Of a stretch of DNA of 64,000 nucleotides, positions 23,642 through 37,214 are shown piece after piece. Within the stretch, counting starts at the first letter, position 1. Each line of letters begins with the position of its first letter. The notes beneath the pieces are model-generated. The model saw only the letters and a program-made list of their open reading frames with translations, did no database searches and had not been told where the DNA came from. The position numbers and the translations under genes were made by a program. Origin of the DNA: Octopus sinensis (taxonomy: Eukaryota); NCBI RefSeq assembly GCF_006345805.1, contig NC_043014.1, positions 43,338,001 through 43,402,000 of the forward strand, read 5' to 3'.

Positions 23642-26150
23642 GTTTCCATCCTACACCTCTAATTAGTTTTATTAATCATCGACACAGCTAAAATATAAAA
23701 AAATAAATAAAAAATGTCTCGCTTTTGGCCTGGCACCTCTTAGATCTTTCTCACTCCGCCATCCATATAAGTCAACTGCTTGCTAACGAAGCCCCACAAA
23801 GCTCAGCCAATTTTAGTTTCGTTATGCCACCATACTTACCATCATCTCTCTCAGACATGCAACATTTCGATACAGACATTGGAAAAAAAAAAAAAAATAA
23901 CAACAAAAAACATGAACCGTTTTTCTTTTTACCCATATCTATTCGATTGCTTATAATTTTTTTGTGTGTCTATTTTGTTTCATGAAGAATCCAGGTTCTG
24001 TTGATTTTTTTTCTTCTTTTCCAATTCTGTATTCCATTCAATGATCTTCATTTTTACTATTTTAAAAACACACCCGCTGGAGACTATATAAACAAACTGA
24101 CGTTAGTGTAATCTTCTACCCTCTGTTTCTCTTTTGGTTTCTGTGTATATACACCCTCGAGCATATATACCTATATACTGAAAGTATCTACCTACAAGAT
24201 ATATATTTATATATAGTAATTTCTACCCTTTTACCGATAGAATTATTTACATATATTATACACCTGCTATACATTTGCAACCTTTGTTTTAACAAATATA
24301 TCCAACACGAACTTGCCACAATTAGTATAAAGCCAATTATAACTAAAATTATATACATACATGCATGATATATATGTATATATATATAATGTATATGCAT
24401 GCATGCACATAGCTGCAACATTTTTTGTGCATATACTAAAACTTGCATTTATTAAAAGCCTACCAAAATGAGAAAAAAAATTGGTATTTTTTCCCCTACA
24501 TACCTACTTGTAATTTATAAAAATACTATTTTCTGTACATTAAAATTCCACATAAATATTCATATATGCACCCAACTGCAATTACATGCATATTGAATTA
24601 GAAAGAACATTTAGCCTTTTCCCGATTCTGTCTGTCATGTATATTACTACGAAAATATAGTTAGAAACCTGTCATAGAATTATTATTTCATAATATCCTT
24701 TTTCCTTTTTGGAAAATTTTATTTCTGATTTGCTTTTCCTCATATCTTGATTTTTTCCCAAATTTTCACTTTCACCAATTTATTTTCGTAACACTCGCTC
24801 CTGAAGAAACTTAATTAAGAGATAAGCAAGAATTTAAAAACGGCGAAACCATCCCTCCCTCTCCACCTTATCACACGTGTGGTCGTATTTACTATTTAAT
24901 TACACATTAGTACACGTGTGTATGTGTGAATGTAGAAGCCATGTGTGTGGTATGGTTTGCCGTGGAACAAATATTTCAGCCTTGCGACCACTTTCTTCCA
25001 ATCTTCCATTCTGTAACTGGTTTAAATGTGTGTGTGAGAGAGAATTCTTTTATTTCTTCCTTATATTTAACGGAAGGACCAAAATTAATTTCATTATTTA
25101 AATATATGCATATGAGTGTGTGTGTATTTTGCTAATTTCTTCCTGTTTACGCGCATATTAGAATAATTTCTCTCCTAGTCTTTTCATAGATTCGAAAAAT
25201 TCTTACCTAATAATTATATAACATAAAAGAAACGGTGTGTAAACCGTACCATACATGCATGATTATTTTAGCAGCATTTTTTTTTTTAAGAATATCTATT
25301 GAGTTTCCACCTGGGCATAATATATATTTCTTCGCGATTACTGCTATCTCCAGGTGTTCTTTCTATCTAAGCTGTCAAATGATATTTTTAACACTGTAAA
25401 AAAAAACCCAGAAAAGGCATCCCTTCGATATATATATATATAATTTTGATGTGATTTGATGAACATGAAGTCAGCGGTGTGCATCGACGGCCCACTTTCT
25501 TATGTTTATATAATCGGACTCCCTGGATTGTTACAAAATATTCTGCATGACATCTCTCATCTCTGTGGATGGATGTAGGAAGTTATTTTCCTCCATAGCA
25601 GCTAGAGGGAAGCAAATCTCATTCACACCGCTTCACACACGCTCACGAAAATGTGTGTAAATTACAGAAATCCGGTGATTGCTAATGACTTGTGTATTTA
25701 CATAGAAATTATATTCGATTATGTGGAAAAAGATATACATATATAAAAAACTAAATCCATAATCAAACTTTTGAAATTGAAGCCACGAGTAAATTCTTTC
25801 CAGTTCTTATTACATAAAGAATTGGCGAAATGATCGCGTGTATGTGTCGACACATGCATACTTATGCTCTATGAACATGGATGCATAGATGTGTATACAT
25901 GCATGCCCACATGTGTGCATTAAAATCTGTGCATATATGTACATTTGTGTATATGCTTGCTTACATGTATGTATATCTGTGCATATATACTCACACATAC
26001 GAATACATAAACAGTTTGAAAGTGAACATCTAATTCAAACAGTGTTTTTAATTGGAATATGTATTAATTACACTCAAGCAAAATATGCAGTGGCAGTTGC
26101 TTATTGTGGTCGCTTTGGGACGGACCCTCTTGAATAACGATACCCTAGTC

Positions 26151-26351
26151 CAGTGGTTTTCAATCAGGGTTCCGCCAGTACAGTCCAGGGGTTCCGCAAG
26201 AAATTACAAAAATGCTAAAATCGACAGTAATTTTTAATTCTCCTGTGCAGATATGTGTGCATATGACAATTAAATTATTGCACAGGGGTTCCCCGAGCCA
26301 GTAAAATGCTTTCTTGGGGTTCCGCTCCAGCAAAAAGGTTGAAAAGCACTG
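26151..26351 (+). mobile_element. hAT (Charlie/Buster-type) MITE
   Basis: TIR CAGTGGTTTTCAA / TTGAAAAGCACTG, 8-bp TSD CCCTAGTC. Confidence 0.92.
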
Positions 26352-26921
26352 CCCTAGTCCATAACATTAAGCAGAGGATATAGCAATGTTTGGAAGCCTT
26401 TATTTTGATAATGTTTTTGATTATTATGAGCAGTTTTCACTGATGTGTGTTATGTTTCTGTATGTTTATATTTATTTCCAAAAGTACCTGTTTTACAAAA
26501 ATGGGGTACAAGATCACTGAACCATAACTGGCAACCACCGTGCCATAGCTAGCAAAACAGGAAACAACTTCAGAAAAATAGTTTAAGACAAACAAACATC
26601 TTGAAAACACACCTTTAGTTGGTCTAGATATACAAGATAAGAACTAACAGGATTGAATTAAAGAAAAAAAAAACAGGTTATCAGTAATGGTTCGACTGCT
26701 GAAGGATGGCTAGACAAATGGGACAACTTCTGAACAACAAGATGACACATAATTAAACTGTAAAAAAGACCAATGCTAACGGTATACTACAAGAAATGAA
26801 GCCAACCATGCACAATGCCATATGTACAACATTACAAAACATTGGGAACAAACCAGTGGAGATATGATGACCATGAAGAAAATAGTATAAAAATGTATTT
26901 AAAACAGGAATTAAACACCTT

Positions 26922-27420
26922 CATCATCATCATCATCATCATCGTTTAACGTCCGCTTTCCATGCTAGCATGGGTTGGACGATTTTGACTAAGGGCTGGC
27001 GAACCAAATGGTTGCACCAGGGTCCAGTCTTGATCTGGCAGAGTTTCTACAGCTGGATGCCCTTCCTAACGCCAACCACTCCGAGAGTGTAGTGGGTGCT
27101 TTTTACGTGCCACCGGCACGGGGGCCAGTCAGGCGGTACTGGCAACGACCTCAAGGCGGTGAGCTGGCAGAATCGTTAGCACGCCGGGAGAAATGCTTAT
27201 TGGTATTTCGTCTGCCGCTACGTTCTGAGTTCAAATTCCGCCGAGGTCGACTTTGCCTTTCATCTTTCGGGGTCAATTAAAGAAGTACCAGTTATGCACT
27301 GGGGTCGATGTAATCGACTTAATCCATTTGTCTGTTCTTGTTTGTCCTCTCTATGTTTAGCCCCTTGTGGGTAGTAAAGAAATAGGTACTGGCAACGACC
27401 TCGCTTGAATCCTTTTACAC
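26922..27420 (-). mobile_element. repeat S2 interrupted by SINE S3 (27153-27384, plus)
   Basis: 18-bp TSD GGTACTGGCAACGACCTC at 27135-27152 and 27385-27402. Confidence 0.9.
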
Positions 27421-28401
27421 GTTAAAAAAACAAAAAAACATTACACATTACCATTAAAAACAAACCGAAAAAGAATTGAGTTTGAATATGCAGTATGCAT
27501 TATCTGTTTTTAGATCTTAATTCCTCTTGTTAACAAGTTAGAACACCAAAATGAATGTGCAGGTGGATATATATATATATTATTTATAGATGTTCTAAAA
27601 TCTACACAGCCTTGGTTTGTTATCTCATTACGGAAACAAAATTTTTTATATACACACGCTGGTATATGACCTAAGTTGGACCCCTTATTCGCATAATCAC
27701 CATACCTGGAACTTAACTCTGATCTATCCATAGCACTTATTCAGCATTACCTGACACCTGTGGGTCTCACTGACACCATTACCTCTCTCTCTCTCTATGT
27801 ATATATATACATACACACACATAAACCTTGTTTGGCAACAGGAAGGGTACCCAGCTGTAGAAAATCTGCCTTAAATTCCATCTGGCCCATGTAACCGAGA
27901 AAAAGTGACTGTTAAATGGTGAGGATATGTAATTGTCTTAATAATTTTAATGTCCACTTTTTCATGCTTGCATGGGTCAAACGAAATTGGTTGAGGCAGA
28001 TTTTCTATAACCTGATACTCTTCCTTTCATCAACTCTCACTTGTTTCCAAGTAAACTAGTAAATCTCCTTTAATCCCTTGTACAAGGACTGGAATTGTTT
28101 ACATGGAAAATTGCAAATGAATACCATCATTTGTACAGTGGTGGTGACATAGAAGAAAGAGACACAAATACAGGCATATATATGTAAACGAAAAGGAGCC
28201 CATTATATGTACATGTACGTACATGACAATCACTTCATTCACAAGGCTGTGGCCAGTTTGGCCTCATAGCTAGAGACATTTGTCCAAGGTGCAGCAGAGT
28301 GGGACGAAACCAGAAACTGTAGTTGTGAAGTGAAACTGTTAATCACATATGCATGCACACACGTATATTTGTATATACATCACTTTTTAAAGTTATTTGT
28401 A

Positions 28402-28790
28402 GGCGTAGGAGTGGTGAGTAGCTTGCTTAGCAACCACATGGTTCCTGGTTCAGTCCCACTTCGTAGCACCTTGGGAAAGTGTCTTCTACTATAGCCTCAG
28501 GTCGACCAAAGCCTTGTGAGTGGATATGGCAGACGGAAACTGAAAGAAGCCCATCATATATATGTGTGCGTGTATATATATATGTATGTATGTGTGTATA
28601 TGTTTGTGTGTCTGTGTTTGTCCCCCCAACATTGCTTGACAACCGATGCTTGTGTGTTTACATCCCCGTTACTTAATGGTTTGGCAAAAGAGACCGATAG
28701 AATAAGTACTAGGTTTACAAAGAATAAGTCAACTAAAGGCGGTGCTCCAGCATGGCCACAGTCAAATGAATGAAACAAGTGAAAAAGAGT
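28402..28790 (+). mobile_element. SINE S1
   Basis: full copy. Confidence 0.88.
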
Positions 28791-29061
28791 AAAGAAACTT
28801 TTCATAGAAATTAGAGCCAGCATTGAAAGTTATGAAATGTAAGATCCAAGAATTGAGGTGTAGGAAGAAAGTTAGCTTCTAGCAATTGATAGAAAATATA
28901 AGAAGCAACTCTCAGGAACAATAGTGGTTTAATGAGGTGGAAGGTTGTGGATTTTTTTTGTTTTTTGTATCGAATGATAAGCTGAAAAAATTTGTTTTAT
29001 ATTTCACAGTAGGCAGCCAAGGTTGCCAGGAATGTGAATAAAAATACAAGAATTAAGGAAT

Positions 29062-29813
29062 TAGGGCGGTAAGCTGGCAGAATCGTTAGTACGCTGTGCG
29101 TTACGTTCTGAGTTCAAATTCCGCCGTGGTTGACTTTGCCTTTCATTCTTTTGGGGGTCGATAAATTAAGTACCAGTTACGCACTGAGGTCGATATAATC
29201 GACTTAATCTGTTTGTCTGTCCTTGTTTAGCCCCTTGTGGGTAGTAAAGAAATAAGTATTTCATCTGCCGTTACTTTCTGAGTTCAAATTCCGCCATGGT
29301 CGACTTTGCCTTTCATCCTTTTGGGGTCGATAAATTAAGTACCAGTTACGCACTGGGGTTGATGTAATCGACTTAATCCCTTTGTCTGTTCTTGTTTGTC
29401 CCCTCTTTGTTTAGCTCCTTGTGGGTAGTAAATAAATAGGTATTTTGTCTGCCGTTACATTCTGAGTTCAAATTCTGCTGAGGTTGACTTTGCCTTTCAT
29501 CCTTTTGGGGTCGATAAATTAAGTAAGTACCAGTTACGCACTGGGGTTGACGTAATCGACTTAATCCCTTTGTCTGTCCTTGTTTGTCCCCTCTTTGTTT
29601 AGCCCCTTGTGGGTAGTAAATAAATAGGTATTTTGTCTGCTGTTACATTCTGAGTTCAAATTCTGCTGAGGTTGACTTTGCCTTTCATCCTTTTGGGGTC
29701 AATAAATTAAGTAAGTACCAGTTACGCACTGGGGTTGACGTAATCGACTTAATCCCTTTCTCTGTCCTTGTTTGTCCCCTCTTTGTTTAGCCCCTTGTGG
29801 GCAATAAAGAAAT
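29062..29813 (+). mobile_element. SINE S3 tetramer (one head + four ~185-bp core units)
   Basis: single 14-bp TSD AAGAATTAAGGAAT at 29048-29061 and 29814-29827. Confidence 0.9.
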
Positions 29814-30019
29814 AAGAATTAAGGAATGGAGTAAAGAAAATCCTGGTTACATATGTTTCATAGTGAGCAGGAGCTTGGAAGTGGTAAATATCCAAGCGAG
29901 GTGTTTACCGCTGGCTACTCTTCAGGCCAAGGACAGCTTGATTAAATGAAGTTAACATTGTCATAAGGAGGTACGTGTTAACATACGGAATATTCAATCA
30001 GAATATGTAGCAAGCACGG

Positions 30020-30054
<35 letters not shown>

Positions 30055-30427
30055 GACACACACGTACATACATTTATTACATTTTTTCTGTGCTGGGATG
30101 GGTTGAAGAGTTTTTCTTGTGTGTCTGTGTTTGTCCCCCCAACATCGCTTGACAACCGATGCTTGTGTGTTTACATCCCCATTACTTAGCAGTTCGGCAA
30201 AAGAGACTGATAGAATAAGTACTTCTATCTTAGATGCCTTTATCTGTTTTCAAGTAAGATACTTTATAGCACAAAGAACTGCGAGACACTATTTTTACAG
30301 AACATAACAAACATCACTGTTGCTCATGTGTTGTCATTGTGAAGAGACACAGACAAATAACATGCACATGCATTTACATACACATATGTCAGGCTTCTGT
30401 ATAGTTTCTCTCTACCAAATTTCATAC

Positions 30428-30772
30428 ACCATCTGAGCGTGATCGTCGCCAGAGCAGCCAACCTGCTTCCGTACCCATTGTACGTACAAGGGCACTATTT
30501 GAGCGTGATCATTACCAACGTTGCTTCACTGGCACGTGTAAAAAGATTCGAGCGAGGTCATTGCCAGTACCGCCTGACTGGCCCCCGTGCTGGTGGCACG
30601 TAAAAAGCACCCACTACACTCTCGGAGTGGTTGGCGTTAGGATGGGCATCCAGCAGTAGAAACTCTACCAGATCAAGATTGGAGCCTGGTGCAGCCATCT
30701 GGCTCGCCAGCCCTCAGTCAAAATCGTCCAACCCATGCTAGCATGGAAAGCGGACGTTAAACGATGATGATG
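30428..30772 (+). mobile_element. repeat S2
   Basis: subrepeats plus (GAT)n tail. Confidence 0.85.
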
Positions 30773-31059
30773 AATGTTTTATTAATGTGAGGCTATTGTA
30801 GAAAACACATGCCCAAGGTGTCACACTGTGGTATAGAATCTAAAACCATATGGTTACAAAACATGTCTTAATCCACACAACTATATGTGTGTGTGTGTGT
30901 GCTTGTATATATTTATATATGTAAATTCCTGCACTCACTGATGCATGCAAAAAAATGTACTTATTGAACAAACAAGGAAGTCAGTACTTAATACGTGAAA
31001 GTCATGTTGTTTATTTGTTCTGAATATTTATCTTGCAACAAGTGTTATGTGGTAATTTA

Positions 31060-31215
31060 TTAAGTCTGTACACTCTTGTACACAAAAATAGTTCCAGAGC
31101 ATGCTCATTGTGCATCACTGACAAATTAAACCTCATTACACTAAACAAGAGATTATTTCTCAATGTATTCACCAAAACAAATTTATCTTTAATAAACTGT
31201 CTGCATTCCAAACAG
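31060..31215 (+). pseudogene. highly decayed PLE GIY-YIG C-terminal segment
   Basis: NSSRACSLCITDKLNLITLNKRLFLN...NCLHSK aligns by eye with the PLE C-x-L-C-x-x-E-K...LN...C-x-H pattern seen at 3.7 kb. Confidence 0.45.
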
Positions 31216-31261
31216 GATAAAACAGTCACCAAGGAAGCAAGTTTCAACACATTGCTCTTTT

Positions 31262-31479
31262 ACTATATTACTTGTTTCAGTCATTTGACTGTGACCGTGC
31301 TGGAGCACCGCCTTTTTAGGCGAGCAAATCGACCCCGGGACTTATTCTTTGTATGCCCAGTACTTATTGTATTGATCTCTTTTGCTGAACTGCTAAGTTA
31401 CGGGGACATAAATACACCAGCATCAGTTGTCAAGCAATGCTAGGGGGACAAACACAGACACAGAGATACACACACACAC

Positions 31480-31510
<31 letters not shown>

Positions 31511-31668
31511 CAATGGCCTTCTTTGAGTTTCCGTCTACCTAATCCACTCTCAAAACTTTGGTTTGCCCGAGGCTATAGTAGAAGACATTTGCCCAAGGTG
31601 CCATGTAGTGGGACTGAACCCGGAACCATGTGGTTGGTAAGCAAGTTACTTACCTCACAGCCACTCCT
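31262..31668 (-). mobile_element. SINE S1
   Basis: full copy. Confidence 0.88.
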
Positions 31669-32534
31669 GAAGAAAAAAAGAAACCAAGCCACAAGAACAT
31701 TTGACCTACATTAATCTTGACAATACACCACATAAAGACAAGCCTGAACAATTACCCTACCGTAGATAATTGATATTTCTCATGAAATACAAAATCTACA
31801 CCCACAAACAGTTCATGAAATCTTTTAATCTTGGCCAAAACAAAACTGAAACACACATAAAAGAACATAGGAGGAATACATAGAGGAAACAACCAATCAA
31901 AAATCACTCAACTGTGAATCCTTACATAAAGACTCCTGAAATGCAAGAGTTTTTCAGGGACAAATTTCTTCACAAATACTCTGCCTCTGATGAGAGAAAC
32001 AAACTTGACCAAAACAAACAAACATGACACAGATCCTTCACAATTAAGCAAGCCCTTAATGAGATCACCAGATACATTTTGGTAAGTGACTAACATGATG
32101 AGATAAGCAAAGCTACAAGTATCTAAACAGAATCCTAACCGATGAATTTAATGAAAGTAAACATTAGTTACCAATAAGTGAAAGCAAGCGACCAAAACAG
32201 TTAACAGATGAGACAGATGATAAAAAGCAACCAAGAGAAACAAAGCAGAGAACATAGCAACTAACAAGAGACCACACCCACTTGAGTAGATATAAATGAA
32301 CAGCCATAATGAAGTTGTAAATGTTCTCAGATTGCTGTGGTGTGAAACATGAGAGGCAAAATTAAATTCAATCTAAATAAACTAATATATGTGTGTGTGT
32401 GTGTGTGTGTGTGTATATTTATATATGTATGTATATATATTTATAATAATAATATGAGGGAATATTCCAAACTTACAGGGAAAAATTTATATATTTATAA
32501 ATACATACATATATATATATATATATGTGTGTGT

Positions 32535-32845
32535 GGAGGCGCAATGGCCTAGTGGTTAGGGCAGCGGACTCGCAGTCGTAGGATCGCGGTTTCGATTCCC
32601 AGACTGGGCGTTGTGAGTGTTTATTGAACGAAAACACCTAAAGTTCCACGAGGCTCCGGCAGGGGGTGGTGGTGATCCCTGCTGTACTCTTTCGCCGCAA
32701 CTTTCTCTCACTCTTTCTTCTGTTGGCCTACTCGCTTAGCCAGCGGGGTGGCGTCGTTTGAAGGCTAAAACAATGCGAAGCGCATTGTGACCAGCGATGT
32801 GTAACAACATCTGATGGCCTGGTCGGTCACGGTGATCACGGTGAC
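32535..32845 (+). mobile_element. tRNA-derived SINE S4 (tail type c)
   Basis: GGAGGCGCAATGGCCTAGTGGTTAGGGCAGCGG...GGTTTCGATTCCC head; tail ...GGTCGGTCACGGTGATCACGGTGA. Confidence 0.85.
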
Positions 32846-33896
32846 ATATATGTATGTGTGTATATACATTAAATCATACATATGATGATGGCATAGCTGG
32901 ATTAAGATGGCCGAGACTGTGTCTCTGTCGCTTCATCATCTCATTGAAACTCGGATCAATTAGTGAAAGTTTCATCAATTGTATTGAATCAACCATTTTT
33001 GTGAGAGCTGGCTATGCATATATGTATATGAATATGTGTGTGTGTGTTGTGGGCATGTCTGTGGTTTCAGTTTTTTTTAGTTAAAGCTATAGCTTTAAAT
33101 TTGCCCAGAGTTACCTCTCTTGAGTATTTCCTATTGATAACAGTTAAAGAGCTAGAAAAGCTGTATCTGGGAATCCAATAGTGAAAAGCACTGAGCAGAT
33201 ATGGTGTTTTTACACCTCTTTACCATAAGAGAGAATTTTTTTTCTCCATATTAACTGCAGTGAATTTGCTTTTAGAAGTTAAAATATGTCATAAACAAAT
33301 TTTAACTAAAATTTGCTTATGCCTAATCACTGCCTGGCACTTTATACTGTTTATTTCAGTTCAGTCCCATTGTGTAACATCCTGGATGAATGTTTATTAC
33401 TCTAGCCCTGACCCAACCATATTCTTGTGAGAGGATTTGGTAGAAGGTAACATAAAGAAGTGCATCATATATGTGTGTGTGTTTGTGTTCTTGTCCTGAC
33501 ATAACATGACTGTTGTAAATGAATGTCGTTCGTTTCCAATATTCTGCCAAATCAATTTTTGGCCAGTGGGGAATATTACTTTCCTTGGAGACCATCACCT
33601 ATTTCCAAGCAATGTATAATTTTCCCATTGCTTGGCTTATTTTCGCAGAATATTGGAAGTGAATGACACTGCTTGTATGACAGTGGTACTCATTTCCATG
33701 CTTCTAGGGACCAGATGGAATTTGTTAACGTAGGTTTTCTGTCGCAAACCCTCACCAGTTTCCAAGTGAGGTAATATTTTCCCATAACCAGACATGGTTT
33801 TCATGGAGGACTGGAAGCAAACATCAGTTGTATGAAAGTGATACTTGTCTGCAATTATCACTTGTCAATGGCACACACATATATGTTTATGATATA

Positions 33897-34312
33897 TATC
33901 ATCATCATCATCATCATTAAACATCTGTTTTCCATGCTAGCATGGGTTGGACGGTTTTGACTGAGGTCTGGCGAACCAGATGGCTGCACCAGGCTCCAGT
34001 CTTGATCTGGCAGAGTTTCTACAGCTGGATGCCCTTCCTAACGCCAATCACTCTGAGAGTGTAGTGGGTGCTTTTACGTGCCACCTGCATGGGGGCCAGT
34101 CAGGCGGTACTGACAATGACCTCTCTCGAATCTTTTTACATGTGCCACCGACACAGGTGCCAGTGAATCGACGTTGGTAATGATCACACTCGAATGGTGC
34201 CCTTTTACGTGCCATGGGTACGGAAGCCAGTTGGCTGCTCGGGCAATGATCACGCTCATGTGGTGTTCTTGGCACCCTACTAGCACAGGCATAAGTGCCA
34301 GTAAGGCAAAAA
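33897..34312 (-). mobile_element. repeat S2
   Basis: (CAT)n then reverse-complement tail and subrepeats. Confidence 0.85.
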
Positions 34313-34436
34313 AAGGAATCACACTACTGCTATTTAGCCCTAGGAAGCAGCAACGCTTCCTGTCAGCCTTGACACATTTCCTTTCTCCTTATGTTTGCAA
34401 GGGGGAGATAAGCACCTCCATCCAGCTAAGCCTGCA

Positions 34437-34479
34437 TCCAGAGACTAGTTTCTGAGTCTTTGCTCGTCATCAGTCTGGA
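34437..34479 (-). ncRNA. minimal type-I hammerhead ribozyme, canonical core
   Basis: minus strand: TCCAGA CTGATGA CGAG CAAAGA CTCA GAAA CTAG TC TCTGGA; 6-bp stem I, palindromic stem III ACTAGT, GUC cleavage triplet. Confidence 0.8.
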
Positions 34480-36609
34480 GTAGCATGGCCTGATAGTTGG
34501 AGATGCCTATCTAGCTCTTGTAAACATATAAGAATTCTAGTGAAATGTATTTACAACAAGCTTCTTTCAGTTTCCATCTACCAAATTCTCATACAGCCCT
34601 GCTTGCATATTTCATTTTTGTACATATTTGTTTCACACCTGTTTTTCCATGCTTGCTTGGGTTGGACAAATATGTGGGGGTATTATTTTACAGCCAGATG
34701 CCCTTCCAGACACCAACCCTTACTTGCTTTTCAAGTAAGAAATCATTCCAAATAGTATAGAAAGCATGAAACTCCTTGTAGGTATTGTTGGCAGGAAGTG
34801 ACAACATCTGCTCCTGTTTTGCATATGTAATTTCAGATGTAAAGAAATACACAGTCATACACACAAATATGTTTGTGTGATGAAGAATGGATTTGATATT
34901 CAGGTGAATACTTTTTAAGCACTCGGTAGGAATCAAACTAGGATCACCAAATTGACCTATAAAAGTCATTGTAATCCACAAAGTCCATAAATTTACATTC
35001 TGTTGCCTATCCAGTTAGTAATCCAAAGTTCATACAGTGAATAAATTCAATATAAGATATATAAGGTATAGTAGAATGGCACAAACGAATGAAAAATTAG
35101 ACTCTTCCAATCAGCTTACTTACGTTTCGGATACATGGGTATTACATAATTCGGATTTATTAATCATGCATGTTAATCAATCTATATTTGGCATCTAAAA
35201 TTCTACAGAGATCAAGAAATTAACACCAATGTGTCTTCCTCAAAGCTTCATCATGCTGTTTGGAACAGAGAACATTTTAAGGGAGATAGTAGTAAACTTA
35301 ACAGTATTTGGCCAGAACATGTGGTTGGTTCGTGTACCAGCAGATCTCCTTCAGAATTGTATGGTTAAATTAGTATTGTAATTTGATGCAGCGAAAATCC
35401 CTACTGTTTTTAAACTGTTGTTGACCTCAACAAATACATAGCTAAAGTTGTTTTTAAGGCATTATTTAGGACACACTAGAATGTTATTTCATCAGTATCA
35501 ATTTTATATGTAGGATTTCGGTGGAAGACATGTTTGTTAGTGAGAATGCCCTAGGAAATAATCAGTATGTTATTTACTATGATATTTGTTCTGTTTAGAA
35601 GAGATTGTTTTTCTTAAAGGAATAAATATTTAAAGTTTAAAATTTAAGATAATTGCAATATGGTTAAAGATAACCTAAGGTAAAAAAGAAAAGAAAAAAA
35701 GAAATTGAATTTAAATTAATTAGAAATAAAAGTAAGGGTAAAATTAATCAAAATAAATAGAAAAGTAATTGAAAATAATTAAAAAATTATTAAATCCACT
35801 TGTAGAGTTTTAAAATTTTAATGATAATAATAACAGTAATCACAATAATAATTGGAGTAATTGATATAATAGCAATCATAATTAGAAAATAAAGTAAAGG
35901 TATCTTGATGAAATACAATATCTCCGATAAGTATAAGTATGCTGGATCTGGAAGGTAGACCCTGCCTATTATATTAGGGTGCACTTATTAATCAGTACTT
36001 AGGGAAGCATTTAAGTTCTTCTAAATAAGTGTGATCATCTTAATTCATTTAAAAAATTTAATATGTTGAATTTGGATGTAAGGATACACATACTCCACAC
36101 AATAGGCTTCTTTCACATTTTTGCCTGTCAAATGCACTCAATATGACTTTGACAAACCCAGGACTGTAGAGAGGACATTTGACCAAGTGGGAACTGAACC
36201 CAAAACTACGTTATTGGGAAATGATACTATCAACCACATAGTGATGCCTGTATTGAAAAGACAGGTAGATCCATTAAATTTGTTATCTGTAAGTCTTATT
36301 TTGGCAAAGACACTTATCAAAATAACTGCATGGTGTGTACTTCAAACCCACATCAACTGTCAGAAACTGTGTACTGTATAAGTTGATGCCTGGAAACAGC
36401 ATCTGCAGATCACCCTGAATCGTGTACAGGAGAAACATCTTGTGGTATTATCAAAAGATTTCAGGATCGTTGACCAGTATTCATGACACAGCCATAGATA
36501 GATATAGCTAAGATGTCTTATTTACTTATATTATTGATACTGTGTTGTTATGGCAAGTTACAGAGTCTGCCTGCATAAGAGAGTACAAGTTAAGCCTGGA
36601 ACAATGTGT

Positions 36610-36815
36610 GTATGTTTGTTCCCCCCCCCCGCCAATATCGCTTGACAACCGATGCTGGTGTGTTTGCGTCCCCGTAACTTAACAGTTCGGTAAAAAAGAC
36701 GGATAGAATAAGTACTAGGCTTACAAAGAATAAGTCCTGGGGGTCGATTTGCTCGACTAAAGGCGTGGTGCTCCAGCATGGCCGCAGTCAAATGACTGAA
36801 ACAAGTAAAGAGTGA
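36610..36815 (+). mobile_element. SINE S1 3' half
   Basis: tail sequence. Confidence 0.8.
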
Positions 36816-36879
36816 AGAGTATATATATAAACACAAATACATACATACACATATATCGATATGGATGGAGGTGTGTGTA

Positions 36880-36934
<55 letters not shown>

Positions 36935-37214
36935 TTACATGTGTTAATTCATCTTTGTCTTGACATCCTGTGGTTAGTATAAACAAGTGTCGCCTGACAT
37001 TCAAAACGTGACGTTCATTTGCAGTCTCATCCGTGGAAAACATATCCGGCTTTTGTGCTTTTCACGTCCAAAGGATTATAGGAAATATTCCCTCCCTTGC
37101 GGGGGAAAAAAGCTGATAGGTTGTTGACAGGGAGAGTATTCGGACATAAAATATCTCTCTGAACGAATCTCGTGTAACTTATGCAAGCTTCGAAAAGTAG
37201 ATATTAAAAGTGAC

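Noticed and set aside
27513-27660. Candidate plus-strand exons ILIPLVNKLEHQNECA and DVLKSTQPWFVISL
   Set aside because: The intervening intron would be ~27 nt and the donors are weak.
32535-32610. tRNA gene
   Set aside because: A/B boxes are present but there is no clean cloverleaf, and the sequence continues into a SINE body repeated elsewhere.
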